From Azolla caroliniana (Eukaryota > Plantae > Polypodiophyta): 64,000 nucleotides of DNA. The position numbers were made by a program, and so were the translations under genes. The notes under the pieces are model-generated. The model searched no databases, was not told the DNA's origin, and worked only from the letters and a program-made list of their open reading frames with translations. Each line of letters starts with the position of its first letter. Positions within the stretch are counted from its first letter, which is position 1. The stretch spans positions 3,224,001 to 3,288,000 of the forward strand of contig JBHGNT010000006.1 of assembly GCA_043228905.1 (NCBI GenBank), in the 5' to 3' direction. Shown piece by piece: positions 31,190 through 44,200 of this stretch.

Positions 31190-31560
31190 TGTTGGCCGGT
31201 CAGAGAAGGCAAATGGGAAAGCAAGGTCGGATCGGATAAATATAGAAATAGGAATAGAATTATTAGGAGGGACGGATCCGGTAGTTGTAACCGATCCGGA
31301 TCCGAACCGATTCGGTTTCGGTTAACGGTTGCCTATCGAGCACCGATTGTAATCTGGCCGGATGCCTATAAAAGGATCCGATGTTTTGTAATGAAGGGAC
31401 GAAGAATTAATATAGTTTTGCTTATGCTTATTGATCTTGTCTTCGTCTGTGCTTAAGTGTAATTATCATACGCGTGTATTAACATCCTATCCCTACCACC
31501 CCTTTGGAGAAGTGTCGGATAGACACCTGTGTTGCGGCTAGTCCAGCCATACATGCAACA
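31190..31560 (+). repeat. Element A 3' LTR
   Basis: 371-bp copy of 8427-8797, followed by TSD AGTAG. Confidence 0.96.
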
Positions 31561-31649
31561 AGTAGTAGTGTTGGGAGGGTAATAAGGAAGGAATAAACAC
31601 CAACAAAACTTAAGTAATGGAACTCTTAATAAATTAAATGGAAGAGAAT

Positions 31650-31852
31650 GATATTGTGAAATGCACATAAGGAGACTCCAAACCAACTTGCGTAGCTTCT
31701 TACTTCTTGCTCAATTTATAGTCGGTACATGTTCCTTTGGGCCACCCTTTCAACACACCCTTTTTAGGACGTTGTATCGACTATAAATTGAGCAAGAAGT
31801 AAGAAGCTAAGCAAGCTGGTTTGGAGTCTCTTTATGTGCATTTCACAATATC
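31650..31852. repeat. Inverted repeat, ~80-bp arms, roughly 90% complementary
   Basis: GATATTGTGAAATGCACATAAGGAGACTCCAAACC...ATTTATAGTCG pairs with CGACTATAAAT...GGTTTGGAGTCTCTTTATGTGCATTTCACAATATC. Confidence 0.9.
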
Positions 31853-31949
31853 CTTATGAGTAGGAGTGAGCCTCATCCATGGGTAGAAATATACTAGTTT
31901 CCTCACAATTCCTGTACATACGACAACAAATTGACTCAAGTTTCCTCCT

Positions 31950-32330
31950 CTTCTCACGAGCTTATTCTTCGGCCCCCACACCATCATCACTTATCCTTAT
32001 CAAAAACATAAAAACTGCTTCGTTAAGTCCACATCAACCATCTTGTTGATTACCACCAAATTCCTACACATAAATAATAAAACGCGTCTAAATTCCTTAT
32101 CTCCTCATGAGAATATGCTTTAGCCTCCACACCATCATTACTCATCCTTTAAATCCAAAACATAAATTCTACTTCATTAAGTCCACATCAACCATCTCGC
32201 CGAATACCACTAAAATCTTGCACATACAACTATATCATGAGTCTTGTTTCTTCATCTCCTCATGAGAGTATGCTTTGCCCCCCACATCCTCATCACTCAT
32301 CATTATCCAAAAACATACAATCCACTATAT
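31950..32330. repeat. Degenerate ~151-155-bp tandem repeat, ~2.5 copies
   Basis: CTCCTCATGAG...CCACACCATCATCACTCATCC...TTAAGTCCACATCAACCATC recurs at ~31950, 32101 and 32256. Confidence 0.75.
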
Positions 32331-32750
32331 CATAAGCCTTCTCAAAATCTAAAAATAGAATAGCTAAATTGTATAAACAAAAAAATGCTATAAAAAAAAC
32401 TTCTTTCTTGAATAAAACCCGTTTGTGAATTATGAATTAGTTGAGGTAAAAAAGGCTGCAATCTCCTTGCTATTGTTTTAGCTAAAATCTTGTGAATCAT
32501 GAATTAAGTAATGTTATAGGCCTCCATTTTCGAATATCATGCAAAGGGCCTTCCCCCTTTGGAATCAAATATATTAGGCTCTTTGTCCATTCCTGAGACA
32601 TATAACCCTGGTCATGAATTTGTTGGTATACAGAAGTCAAATCGTTATCAATAATATCCCAATACTCTATATACCATGAAACCCCCATCCCATCAATACT
32701 TGGACAAACATCCTTACCTAACGCCTTAGTTGCTAACAGAACTTCCAAAG
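32300..32750 (-). pseudogene. LINE reverse transcriptase fragment
   Basis: Motifs CPSIDG, LIYLIPKGEG..DIRKWRPITLLNS and LFLDFEKAYD. Confidence 0.85.
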
Positions 32751-32789
32751 GTTACAATCAAATGTGTGCTCTATTTTATTGAGAGCATA

Positions 32790-32894
32790 GGAACAAGCGA
32801 TAGTAGAGCGTCGAGCGGCACCTGAGTCAATAGAGGGAGTTCCGGCATAACTTCCCTTGACCCACCTATCATCTCTCCTCATATTTTAGGTAAG

Positions 32895-32937
<43 letters not shown>

Positions 32938-35560
32938 GTCAGATAATGCAAAAACCCTAATGTTGACAGAAGTACAACGACTGGAGGCGGTCTCGTTGGT
33001 GGTGCATATGGAAGGATTAAGGCCAAATAAGCTTGAGTTGCGTCATATCTTGTATGTGAATTTTCCGGAAGAAATAAATAATGTGGTAGACATACAAGTT
33101 ATTGGCAAATGATGTTATCATTTGGAGTTTTCCGATCATTCATCTGTTGCCCGTTTCTTGGAGATCAAGCATACATCATTACAAGGTACGTAGATATCTT
33201 TTTACAAGTGGAATCATAATGTGATTGTAGACGAAATTATGTAGAACAAAGAGGCCAATATGATCTTTATTGCCATTTTTCCAGGATTGAAGAAAGAATG
33301 GCGTCAAGTGTTAACCCAAATAGGCTCTCTTCTAGGCACAATAATAGCTATTAAAAATGAGGCTTCACAAGATGAAGATCATATACGAGGAGCACCTTCA
33401 GTGAGGATTTGGCACCTAGGAATAGTGTATTACCATCTTCTGTTTTAGTGCCGAATCTCCAGGAACATAAGGAATCATTATCCAAAAGGATTATGTATCA
33501 AGGGCTTCCATATCAATGTTTTATATGCAGGCATTTTGGGCATTTAGGGAAGGATTTCCACGTAGATGCTATCGATCAGAGGAGGTCTTAAAATCGACAT
33601 CTAAGGTGGGTAGATCCTACTGGACACCGGTTACAACTAAGCATTCTTTTACACAATCTAGATCTCCGGTAAATTTATGTTTTTGTTGGATTGCAATCTA
33701 TATAATCTTTTGCATAGTGGGGAAGGTAGTGATAGTTCATTGCAGAATAATTTAAGGTGGTGAATAAAGTGATTGAAGTACAGATTCCAACATCCTCGAA
33801 ACAAGATCAAGAAGTCTTGTCGATAAAAGAATTTAATCATACGGTCTCCCCTACAAGCCATCATAAGTTGGAGGTTATGTCTATTGGGCAGGTCAAATGT
33901 AATCAATTAGGGGATAAAGGAAAGCATATCATTCATTCCTTGCCCCACCCGATCTCTTAGGAGAAAGGGTGAAAGATTAATTGTTCCGGCGTCGAGAAGG
34001 ATTGTGAAAACCAATTATCTTTAGTAATATATGAGGAAGATACATCAAAACAAAAATGTAGCAATATCCTTTTGGAAAAGAAAAGTCCTCAGAGTACTAA
34101 TGATTTCTCCTTTTCAGCAATATCTTTGGTTACAGGGGATAATCCTACACTAGAAACGGCGATCCCAGTCCGTTCACACAAATATTCAGGTAACGATATG
34201 ATGACAACTAGAAGACAATTACGTGTTGCTGATGAAGGAAAACATAGAGGTCTTGTTTTGGTGGAGAAAAGGATATTTTCATAATGCCTAGTTTATTTAT
34301 GGATGTTATGAATATACTCTCATGGAATGTACAAGGATTAGGAGGTAGTCGGTTTCGACGAATGAGAGGGGCTTTTAGACAAGAATTGAAGAAACCCTAC
34401 GTAGGCACAATAGATGTGCTCATGATTCAAGAGCATCATTTAGGGGAACAACATCTCTTAAGATATGGAAATCTTCTCCCTGGGAGGTGGCAACAGTTCT
34501 AGTTGTCGGCCTTTGTTCCAAACGATATTTAGGGGGGTTTATGTATTGTGGTTTCACATATTTGGGCCTCATGTGTAATTATGTCAGGATCGTTATATAA
34601 TCTAATAAAAGAGCATAATACATTGTTTTTCAAATAGAAGAGATAAAGTGGGGTTTGCTTAATCTCTATGCCCCAAATTTGGAGGCAGCAAGGTCTCATT
34701 TTTGGAGTGGAATTTTATTAGACATACCCCAACAGATTGATCATTGGGCATTAGTTAGGGACTTTAATATGATAGAGGATGTGCAGGATAGGCAAGGCAG
34801 TAGTTTACGTACTATCTCGGGATCAGGACTTAGGGCGTGGGAAAGATTATGTATTGTCACTTCGGTTGGTTGATCTTTGGTCAGATCATTCCTTTAATAG
34901 ATTACCAGAATCCTTATCTTTTTCAAGATCTGATAGACACTTGGCAAGGGTCAACCTTTATCGTTTGGATAGGTTTTATGGGGATGATTTTATGTGGACT
35001 AAAAACGGTCAATTAGGAATTATGCCTAGTTTTTATTTTTTTGATCACTCTCCTCTAAAATTAAAATTCTTTTTATCCTCGGAAAGAAGGACTCGTAGAT
35101 TTGGAATTCCTAACTCCGTTTTTCTTAGAGAAGATTGTAAATATTGTGTTCAACCTATTTGGTCTCAACATCTTTATGATAAGGATGTTGTCTTAACTAA
35201 TTTGGTACATGTCTTAAAGGAAATTCAGGAAGTATTCCAGCATAAGGAGAAATCGTTGTACCTTGATTATGATTCCAATATTGGAAGATATAAGCGAGTG
35301 TTGACAATGTTACAACATTTGTGGCAAAAGTGGCCGCAATCTGTAGATTTAGCCATGAGAGTTATTGATGTCCGGAAAGCGATTGCCGATTTACAATTGC
35401 AAAGGTCGGAGTTTTGGTATCATAAATCCTTTGCAAGATGGATTAGACATGCTGATATGGTTTGTAAACAATTTTTTCAACCTCATCGCATTAAATCTCA
35501 TAAGCCTCAGCTGACGTTTTGATGGATCTTTTACATCGGATTTTGTAGAGATGAGGGAAA
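32790..35560 (+). mobile_element. Degenerate L1-type LINE 5' part (ORF1 with zinc knuckle; ORF2 APE endonuclease), 3'-truncated
   Basis: (CT)n 5' UTR. Motifs YQGLPYQCFICRHFGH, MNILSWNVQGLG, LMIQEHHL, NLYAPN, DFNMIED, RLDRFY and DHSPL. Many stops and frameshifts. Confidence 0.85.
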
Positions 35561-35574
35561 TATACTATCTTTTT

Positions 35575-36395
35575 AAGTGCTAAACCTAAGGCTTATATGG
35601 GCTAGAGAGCTCCCCCCCGTAGTTGTAACCATTGCTTGCCTACCTTCCAAGCAATTATTTGTATCTAGTACATTGTCATATGGCTCATAAATGGGTTTTA
35701 CATTCAAGAAAGAATCATCTAAGAGTAAAAACTCTAGTTCAACGTGACTAATTTTTCTTTATTCTAGACATGCCCTTATCTTATATCCATCACAATGTCC
35801 TATCGTATATTACATTCCCCCCTCATTGGACAACCTATAAAATGATGATTACTTCCTCTATAAACGATGCATGTGTGTTCCTCCTTAATTTGAGTTACAT
35901 ATTACCATCATTATAGAATGTTGTAATTTGTAAGTGGCATATGTTAGGGTATACATGGAGTATGTGGTGTAATCATGATTTCTTTATGAGGTGAGTATTT
36001 TCAAGGATATTCGTAATTATGTCCTAGTGCCAAATTGCCAAAGTGGAATGCTTTAAAGTTGGCGGGCGATTGATATCACTAGAAATTCTAACTATAAAGC
36101 TAGAAATCATATCCATGGGTTTTAACTTGATTGATGGCCCATTGAGGGGATGTAATAACAGATATGACATATGATGTTAAGTAGAGGAAATTAGAATAAG
36201 GGCATATTTAGAATGATGATAACTTGTCACTTTTAACTAGTGGTGTTTACCCTCGAGTGGTGTTTTTCCGAGTGTGAAACTCAATCATGGGCCACATGGA
36301 AGTATACTAGGAAGATGTAATTACTTTAAAGGTTGACAAGAAATGATTATAAGAGGTTTATGTCTCTAACCTATATAAGTCTTAAGTTTAGCTCT
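35575..36395. repeat. Old inverted repeat (~260-bp arms), probably two LTR-derived copies in opposite orientation
   Basis: GCTAAACCTAAGGCTTATATGGGCTAGAGA matches TCTCTAACCTATATAAGTCTTAAGTTTAGC in reverse complement. ATTCTAGACATGCCCTTAT matches ATAAGGGCATATTTAGAAT likewise. Confidence 0.65.
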
Positions 36396-38310
36396 AGGTA
36401 GTGCTTGTGCTAGAGGTAACAAGAAGCGTCGTGTCCGTATCAATCTACTCATGGAATCATTGTAATCATTTCAGCAATTAATCATTTAATTGCTATCCAA
36501 ACGTTCATTTAGGTCACCGTATCTTTATATAATTATGTGTAGGTTTAGTATATTTGCTTACTATTAAAACAATGTGAATGTTGTGATCTCTCCACGCTTG
36601 GGCTGATTTATGTGTTAAAGCCCCACCTATGTGTGTTTTGCTTTCATTGTTAGTTAGCTTCAGTGAATTGACTTTCTAGAGACCACATGACAACCAACAT
36701 AATACATACCTAGACTTGACTCATTTTGGGTTGTTGTGAATCGCTTGATTAATGTGAACAAATTTATTCCTACAATAGCAACTATTCAACTTATGGAGAT
36801 AACTAAGTTGTTCTCAACTTTATCCACATTGTGGATTTCCATCAATGCGTTGTGTTGGAAAACTCAAGACTAATATGTTTTAGCACAAGTGATAGTACCC
36901 AAACATTTGGATAAATTGAAAGAGCTGATAAAAAACTTGAGGTTTGCTTCATGCATAAGTTAAATAAAAGCAAAATAATTGGAATCTTATTGTTCTTTGT
37001 TGGAGTTTCCCCATAACTTATAAGAGTGTCAAACAAACACGATGTTATAACTTATAGTATACATAATAGAGCATTAAATCATTTTGTGACTATATGTATG
37101 GTTTTTGGTCATGCCCACATGAGACTACAGGAAAAAATGCAAAAACTCAAAAGTTCCTTTTCAAGACTTTTATGACATGCCAAAAGTACCCTATGTATTG
37201 TGAAGAGGGCACAACTTTGTGATAAGACATTTGTAGACAATAAACATGTCAGGGCAATTAAAAGTACATACGTTCTTGACCAAGGATGGTGACTCCTCAC
37301 AAGAAATAGGCAAGCATAGATGAAATCTCGATTGTTGTGGTCCATTAGAAATGCCACAAATATTCTTGATGAGGAAGTTTTGGGTGATCTCATAGAATCT
37401 CCATGACACAATATGAGCTCCAAGCTATGTTGACTTTTGTAGATAAAAAGACATCTTTAGCTATTTTTCATCAAGCTTTGTTAGAATCACATATATTGTA
37501 TGTAAGATGGTCATTCCCATGGGAGTATCTTACCTAGTTGCAGATATACTTTCTCTCCTTTGTGAAGGAAAAATGCGAATTTGAGGCATTAATGTTACAA
37601 CACTTACATCACAATGTAGAAAACTAGCCTTACCCAACATGGAATTCAAGGGGATCATGGATATAATCACAATTACATCATGGTAAACATCAAATTTAAA
37701 GCAAATAGAGCAATGAGCCTAACATGCTATAGAATAGAAATTCATGGCTAGGAGGTAAATAACAAGTCATAAATATTTTCCCGTTGATCTCTAACATGCA
37801 GTATGATTGGGTTCCTAGGGATTCATTTGGAAATGAACTATGTTCTAGATTTTCTAAAATTATTTTTCATGGGTGTGTAATGAGTTTTTTTCATTGAAGT
37901 GAGGGGCCTTCAATCTACATTTGGTGGCTTGCAATTTCTTACCATTGACATATTTATACTTGTAGACTAATTTGTCCCATACAAAGTGCAATGTAGCACC
38001 ACTATTTGTAAAAGCATCTACTCCTAAACAAGTATGAACAACTAAAATTTCACTATTGATGTTAGGCTACTCATAAGGTTAGTAGATACAATTAACCTTT
38101 TCCTCAAACCAATGTAGTCACATGGCTCATTTCCAAATTTTGATGATGACGTCTTTCTTTGAATTCCATGTCTTCCATTGTTTGGGAACACTCATCAAAA
38201 CATCACAACTTACACATATAGCTTGTTAATGTGTTGATGTTGGTTTTTGTAGGCGGTCAAAACCAAGTCACATCTATCTCCACAAGTTCTTCAACTCATT
38301 CTTGGTTTCC

Positions 38311-38902
38311 TTGAGGCTCAATATTATGATTTCATGACAACATACTTATTAGGAAAGACTCAAGTTTTTTCTCTTATCATCTTTCAAATATACAATGATG
38401 ATATTGCATTGCTCATTTGGAGTGTTTATCTTTGGTGTGGTTAATATTAGATCATTTACATAATCTCATAGACTCAATCAAGATTTATTAACAAAATGCT
38501 CATGGTGGTTAGGTTAAGACACTAAGGAGTATGTTGAAGGACAAAGAGAACCTTGACATAAATTTAGTTTCTTGTCAACTACCCTAAATGTAACATCTAT
38601 GAGGCTCAAGATTATGATTTCATGCAATCACACTAGTTATTGGGAAGGTCTGAATTGCTTCTCTTATCATCTTTCAAATAGACAATATGACATTGTATTC
38701 ATCACAAGGTAAGCTCATTTGGAGTATTTGCCCTTGACATTATTAGCATTAGATAATTTTCATCATTCCATATACATGATCAAGACTTACAAATAAAGTG
38801 CCCATGTTGGTTAGGTTAAGACAATAAGGAGTATGTTGAAGGACAAAGAGAATATTGACATAAAACTTGAGGCTTCTTTTCAACTACCCTAAATGTAACA
38901 TC
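38311..38902. repeat. ~290-300-bp tandem duplication
   Basis: TGAGGCTCAA...GGTTAGGTTAAGAC...GGAGTATGTTGAAGGACAAAGAGAA...CTACCCTAAATGTAACATC occurs twice. Confidence 0.85.
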
Positions 38903-41218
38903 AATTTTTCTAACAAAGACCTTGACATTGAATAGCATTGGGGAATGTCTTTCTAGTAAAGCTGCAAACCAAGAACGAGTCATACTTGAGGTAAAACATT
39001 GAATAGGTTGACTTGCGAATCAACATCTAGGTAAAGATCCAACTTTTACGTCAACTTTTTGTATGAGCATCTTTAATTTGAGTTTGGTGATCTATTGTTA
39101 GATTATTATAAGCACCAAAAATGCTCGATTTACAAGACTAACACAAAGGACAAGAATTATTAGGGTAATGGCTTGATTGTGTGTGTGTGTGTGTGTGTGG
39201 GCACAAACTCACAAAGAGACAAATAATAAGGAAAGGCTATCATGTATTTGGGAGTTATCTATTATAACAAAATGTATAGGTACTTATATATAATATGTGA
39301 CTGTGTGCATAAGAGCTAGACATGTTTATTTATTTTAGGGCAAAACTACCAAATACCTAAACTTTTTGCTTATTTCCTAAATGCCTAAGAAATTTAATTC
39401 ATTCTCAAAACATTGTTGATCAATGCCCAAAGAAGTGAAGAGGGGATGAATTCACCCTCTAAATATGTTTGATCTCATAATCTATGACTAGTTTTAGATT
39501 TTAGGTTGTGAATAATCACTTCAAAAGAATGGGAGATTTACCATGAAATAAACACTTCAAGGACATATGCAATCGCCCATGCATTCTAGAGCCCATCCTC
39601 TTTCTTTCAATCACATCTTTGTTTCCATACAACTTAGCTCACATTCTCTTTGATGTGAGATGAGCAATTGGGACATCAACAAGGAGACTCATCAAGCATT
39701 CATGTTTTGTGCCATAAAAGTTTGTGAGACTAAGCATCATATTACAATATTGATCCATGTCTCCCGATCACATTTGAGCTTGTGTTCCCCATATTTTGAA
39801 CTCTGACCTATCCCTACACACATTCCTCTCTCGTGCACAAAGTGCACTCTCAATTTCAACATTCAATACAAATATGTGGTGCGTGGTATGTCAATTATCA
39901 ACACATACACTTTGGTCACATAGATCAGAACAATTTTCATCCACTGTTTCTTCACTACTTTTCTAGTACTATGGACATCAAACTTTTCTTATTGTTTTTT
40001 TAACACTCTTTATCATTTCTTGGGATATTCTCTTATGTATTAATTATCAATCCTACTTTTTATCCTCAAATTTAATAATATTTCAGTCTATTTTATTGTC
40101 GACAAAGTGCCAACTTTTCACATGAATTGCACTATGGTTGATTTCATGTGTGCCAATATAAGCTTCACAATTGCTCACAAAGTCTTGTCAATGCCTCCCT
40201 TTTCTGACCTACAGAGCGAGCACAAAAAGCTTTCTCACTTTTGCCAAGAGATTTTTTCTTATACAAATACGTCCAATAGTCTATCAATAAAATAATTTAT
40301 GCATATGCTTGCTCAATGTTGATGGCATAACACACTTTATACCTAAAAAACCTAGGAATAGGTCATAATATGACATTTCTAATGGCTCTCTAATCAAAAG
40401 TGAGCACAGATTTAACTAGGAGAATCAAAAACTTAGTTTACCAAATAGACAACTAATTAGAAAGTGGGTACACTAATGAAGAGAAATTTGAAGCTTAATC
40501 AACTAGTTATGTTTCTAATAAAACAATGAACTTTTTCAAGTATTCATCTTGATAAAAAAAATTACAACTAATAAATTGTCAATAATAATGACAAACTATA
40601 TTATCTAACAGTTTCTTTGATTTAGCATATGTATGACAATATTTATATAATGTCCCCTTGAGAATCATTTAATTAAGACCTTAAAAACACATCATTAACA
40701 GAGGCACTAGTATCAAAAACTTAACAAATAGACTTAAATTTCTGTTTAATCACCAGGAAGCTCATGCACACAATAAAAGCCGAGCTTAAACATGATAAAG
40801 CCAGTCACTCATTTAAAACCTCTGAAGATGATAAGAAAACTAGTGAAGTTTTTTTTATAAGCTGTGTGCATATATGGAGAAAGTACTTGAACCATATCCA
40901 ATACTACTCAGAGGACTTCAAAAACCATGTTTTTGAATTCCCAATAGACACGAGCTTTTATATAATACAAAGAGGATCAAGTTTTACACCTCAAAAAGTT
41001 GTCATCAGATCACACCTTATCTTCCAAATAAAACACCCAGGACAGCTCGAAAACAAGCGAAGTTTTCTCAAAACTCCTTTGCATGCCATGCGGTGAAACC
41101 TTCCAATCTCAATCATGAAGACCACAAAAGGAGTAAAACAAGATGAATGAAAGACGCTCATTAGCTGGCGTTATTCAACTGAAGCCTCCATGTGATGGGT
41201 TTTCATATGGGACCATTC

Positions 41219-44200
41219 TTAGATAGCACACACATACTCCCCACTACTCTCAACATCCAGGTCATTGTCAAAATCTGTATCATCTATATCGAAGCTTTCA
41301 TCAGCAAAATAATGTCCAATCCCAAGACTTGGGGCCGGAATCCTTGCTTCTGCAAGGATGCGATCAATCTCCTCCACACTTTGCGATGACTCAGTATTAT
41401 ATTCAGCACCAAGATGTGCACCATCGGCAAGATCCGCTGGCAAATTCTTTAAGAACCATTTATGTGCCTTTATTCCACCCATGTTTATCCTCTGTAAAAA
41501 GAGGATCGACTCAAAAATCAGAACAATTTGTGCTTATTTTTTGCAGTGTGGCATAATCAAACCTTAACCAACAAAGGAAGTAAAAAAAGAGGTTTTCAAC
41601 AAAAACGTTGGGTGTCAAAAGAGCGTTGGACTAGTGGTTTGGACAAGTCATTCAACTCCTACACTTATGCCCATGCATGCCATGAATGACAATTGATCCT
41701 CCACAAAACAAAGGTTTTGCAAAATATAAATGTTTGGGAATCAGTCTTGTGTACCTCTGAAGGATTTTTGACGAAAATTTGGGAAATCAAATCCTTGCAT
41801 TCAGGTGAAATAGAAATATGTTCAGGAATCGAATAATCCACAGTGAGGATCCTCTGAAAAAACCCAGCATTCAAGACCATGGTGAAAAACATGTTTCAGG
41901 TTCTTCAGGTTACGATTACTAAATACATTACCCCTATGGTCTTGTGGAAGTTCCGAGGATCATCCGGGTCTCCAAATGGGTAGGCTCCAACAAGCATAAC
42001 ATATAGGGTTACACCACATGACCATACATCCGCAATCTGGAGATTTGAACTTGAGGTATATTAACGAAAGCTGCTAGACCCCCATTAAGAGAAAAACAAT
42101 TATATGTGTATCTGTATTTATATTTAATATGCATATGCATACACCAAGGTACATTTAAATATATAGGCTGGGAAAAGTTACATGCATATCTATACATAAT
42201 ATGTGTATGAAATGTTACAATTACATGTATATGCATAGGAAACATTACATGTACATGTATATGTGTATATGAAATGTTATATCTACATCCAAATGCATAC
42301 GAAATGGTATTTGTACATGTTTATAAAATGTATATATGCGTGCATATGAAAGTTACATGCCCATGTATCCAAATGCAATATGCATGTAAAGAATTCATGT
42401 ATGTGTATGTATGGGATACCTTGCCATCATACTCTTTCTTTGACAACACTTCTGGAGCAATATATGCAGGAGTCCCGACAGTGGATTTTGGTTGGGAATG
42501 CAATACTGATGACTGTATGGAAAGAAATGGGATGCCAGCTGTATGAGTCAGAGTCCTTTAATTACTTTTTCATGCCAGATCACAGGATAAAGGAATCACC
42601 TTCGAGTATCCAAAATCACAGATTTTCAGACGTGGCGTTGGGCTTCCATCCAGCAAAGTGTTTTCTAGCTTCAGATCTCGATGACAAACTTCCTAAGGCA
42701 TAACAATTTTGAGCATGGTATTTTTTGAGATTACATTACTTAGCACTAGTGTCCCTTTGATAAGGGAAAACACCAAAATAACCCTAATGTGTTGGGTATT
42801 TACCAGAATACCTCTAAGTACAAAAATACTCTGTACAACGGATCAAGTTCACTATTAAATAGGAGTATTTTGGTAGTTTTTCAAACTTAGGATCATTCTG
42901 GTAAAGATCTGAAAGGTTGGAGTATTTTGGTGTGTTGCCTTTTTATTATCTTCTTAGGATGGAGAACGGTGTTCACAGGCACATACCATGTTGTGGCAAT
43001 AACTGACACCGGAGATGAGCTGCTGGAAGAAAAAACGAGCCTGAATGCATAAACATATAAGGGTATGACACTTCCAGAATCCATTAGAAAGAATACTGAT
43101 AGAAAAATACTAGGTAGCCAAGTTGCTAAAGTTAACCTCATCTTCACTGAATCTCCCAGCTTTGCAGATGCGCTCAAACAGCTCGCCACCAGCTGCATAT
43201 TCCATCACTATTGCCAAATGGGTAGGGGTGATGAAAACCTACAAATTAAAAGACTAGCCTGATTATGCAATTACAAGCACAAGAATAATATGTATGTATG
43301 TACATATTTACTCATGCATATATTGTTGTAAAATTATATTCATATGATGTCGTTCAAGGTTATAAATTCTGAAAACTCTTGGTCCTGCATGACCAATTTT
43401 GGCAAACCTCACTTTTATATTATGATTTTGTAGGACATAAAACCATTTTTATACAGTCATATGTTTACGCTAGGTATAGTAGCTTCAATATATGCACATT
43501 TAGCAAAAATCATGTTTTCTTCACACCTCTTTGAATCGTATTATGTTTGGATGTCGCAGTGACCGGTGATTCACAATCTCCCTTTTCACATTCTCATCAA
43601 TCTGCAAGAGGGTCATGTATATGAGGCAATTACCTTGGAAATACAACATATATGCCTCTGTAAATCCTAAAACCCATTAGCGCTGAAAGCTATGTAAAAA
43701 CTAATTAACTTGAATAGGTATATCAATCTCAAACAATCATGAGTATTCCTTTGGAAGAATCTTGATTATGAGTGACTAAGGGAAACCCTACATGATCGTG
43801 AACGAATTTGGAAAAAGCCCAGCATCTTTACATATATGATGTATGCATGCAAAGATCTATGAAAGAATAGCAATAAAAAAATGCTAATGAATTCCTATGG
43901 AAACCTCAGTGATTGGCAATGGTTATGGAAATTCAACATGATTGTGCATGGGAGTCGAAAACCCCACATGATCATAAATGGCCATGATTTGTGCATGGGA
44001 GTAAAAAACCCAACATGATCATCGATGACTATGCAAAACCTGATCACCAGTGGCTTCAGAAAACCAAACTGGCAATATTTGAACAGCCATGGAAAACCTC
44101 ACACAATAATCTCAAATTGCTTTGTAAAACTCAGGATAGTGATAAAACTATGTATACCCAGCATTATCCTCTTGAATGGGTGTTAAAACATCAACATCAT

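Larger units (their letters stand above)
8427..31560 (+). mobile_element. Gypsy element A (Athila-like non-chromovirus with an extra 3' ORF), host of nested elements B and C
   Basis: 371-bp LTRs at 8427-8797 and 31190-31560 (2 substitutions seen). TSD AGTAG at 8422-8426 and 31561-31565. gag-pol and the extra ORF rejoin in frame after removing B and C. Confidence 0.96.

Noticed and set aside
3054-31456. Dozens of antisense and alternate-frame ORFs overlapping the retrotransposon ORFs
   Set aside because: Shadow ORFs expected from GC-rich, stop-poor coding sequence; no recognisable motifs.
36700-40300. Possible decayed TE coding remnants
   Set aside because: I could not recover ordered protein motifs by eye; left unannotated apart from the tandem duplication.
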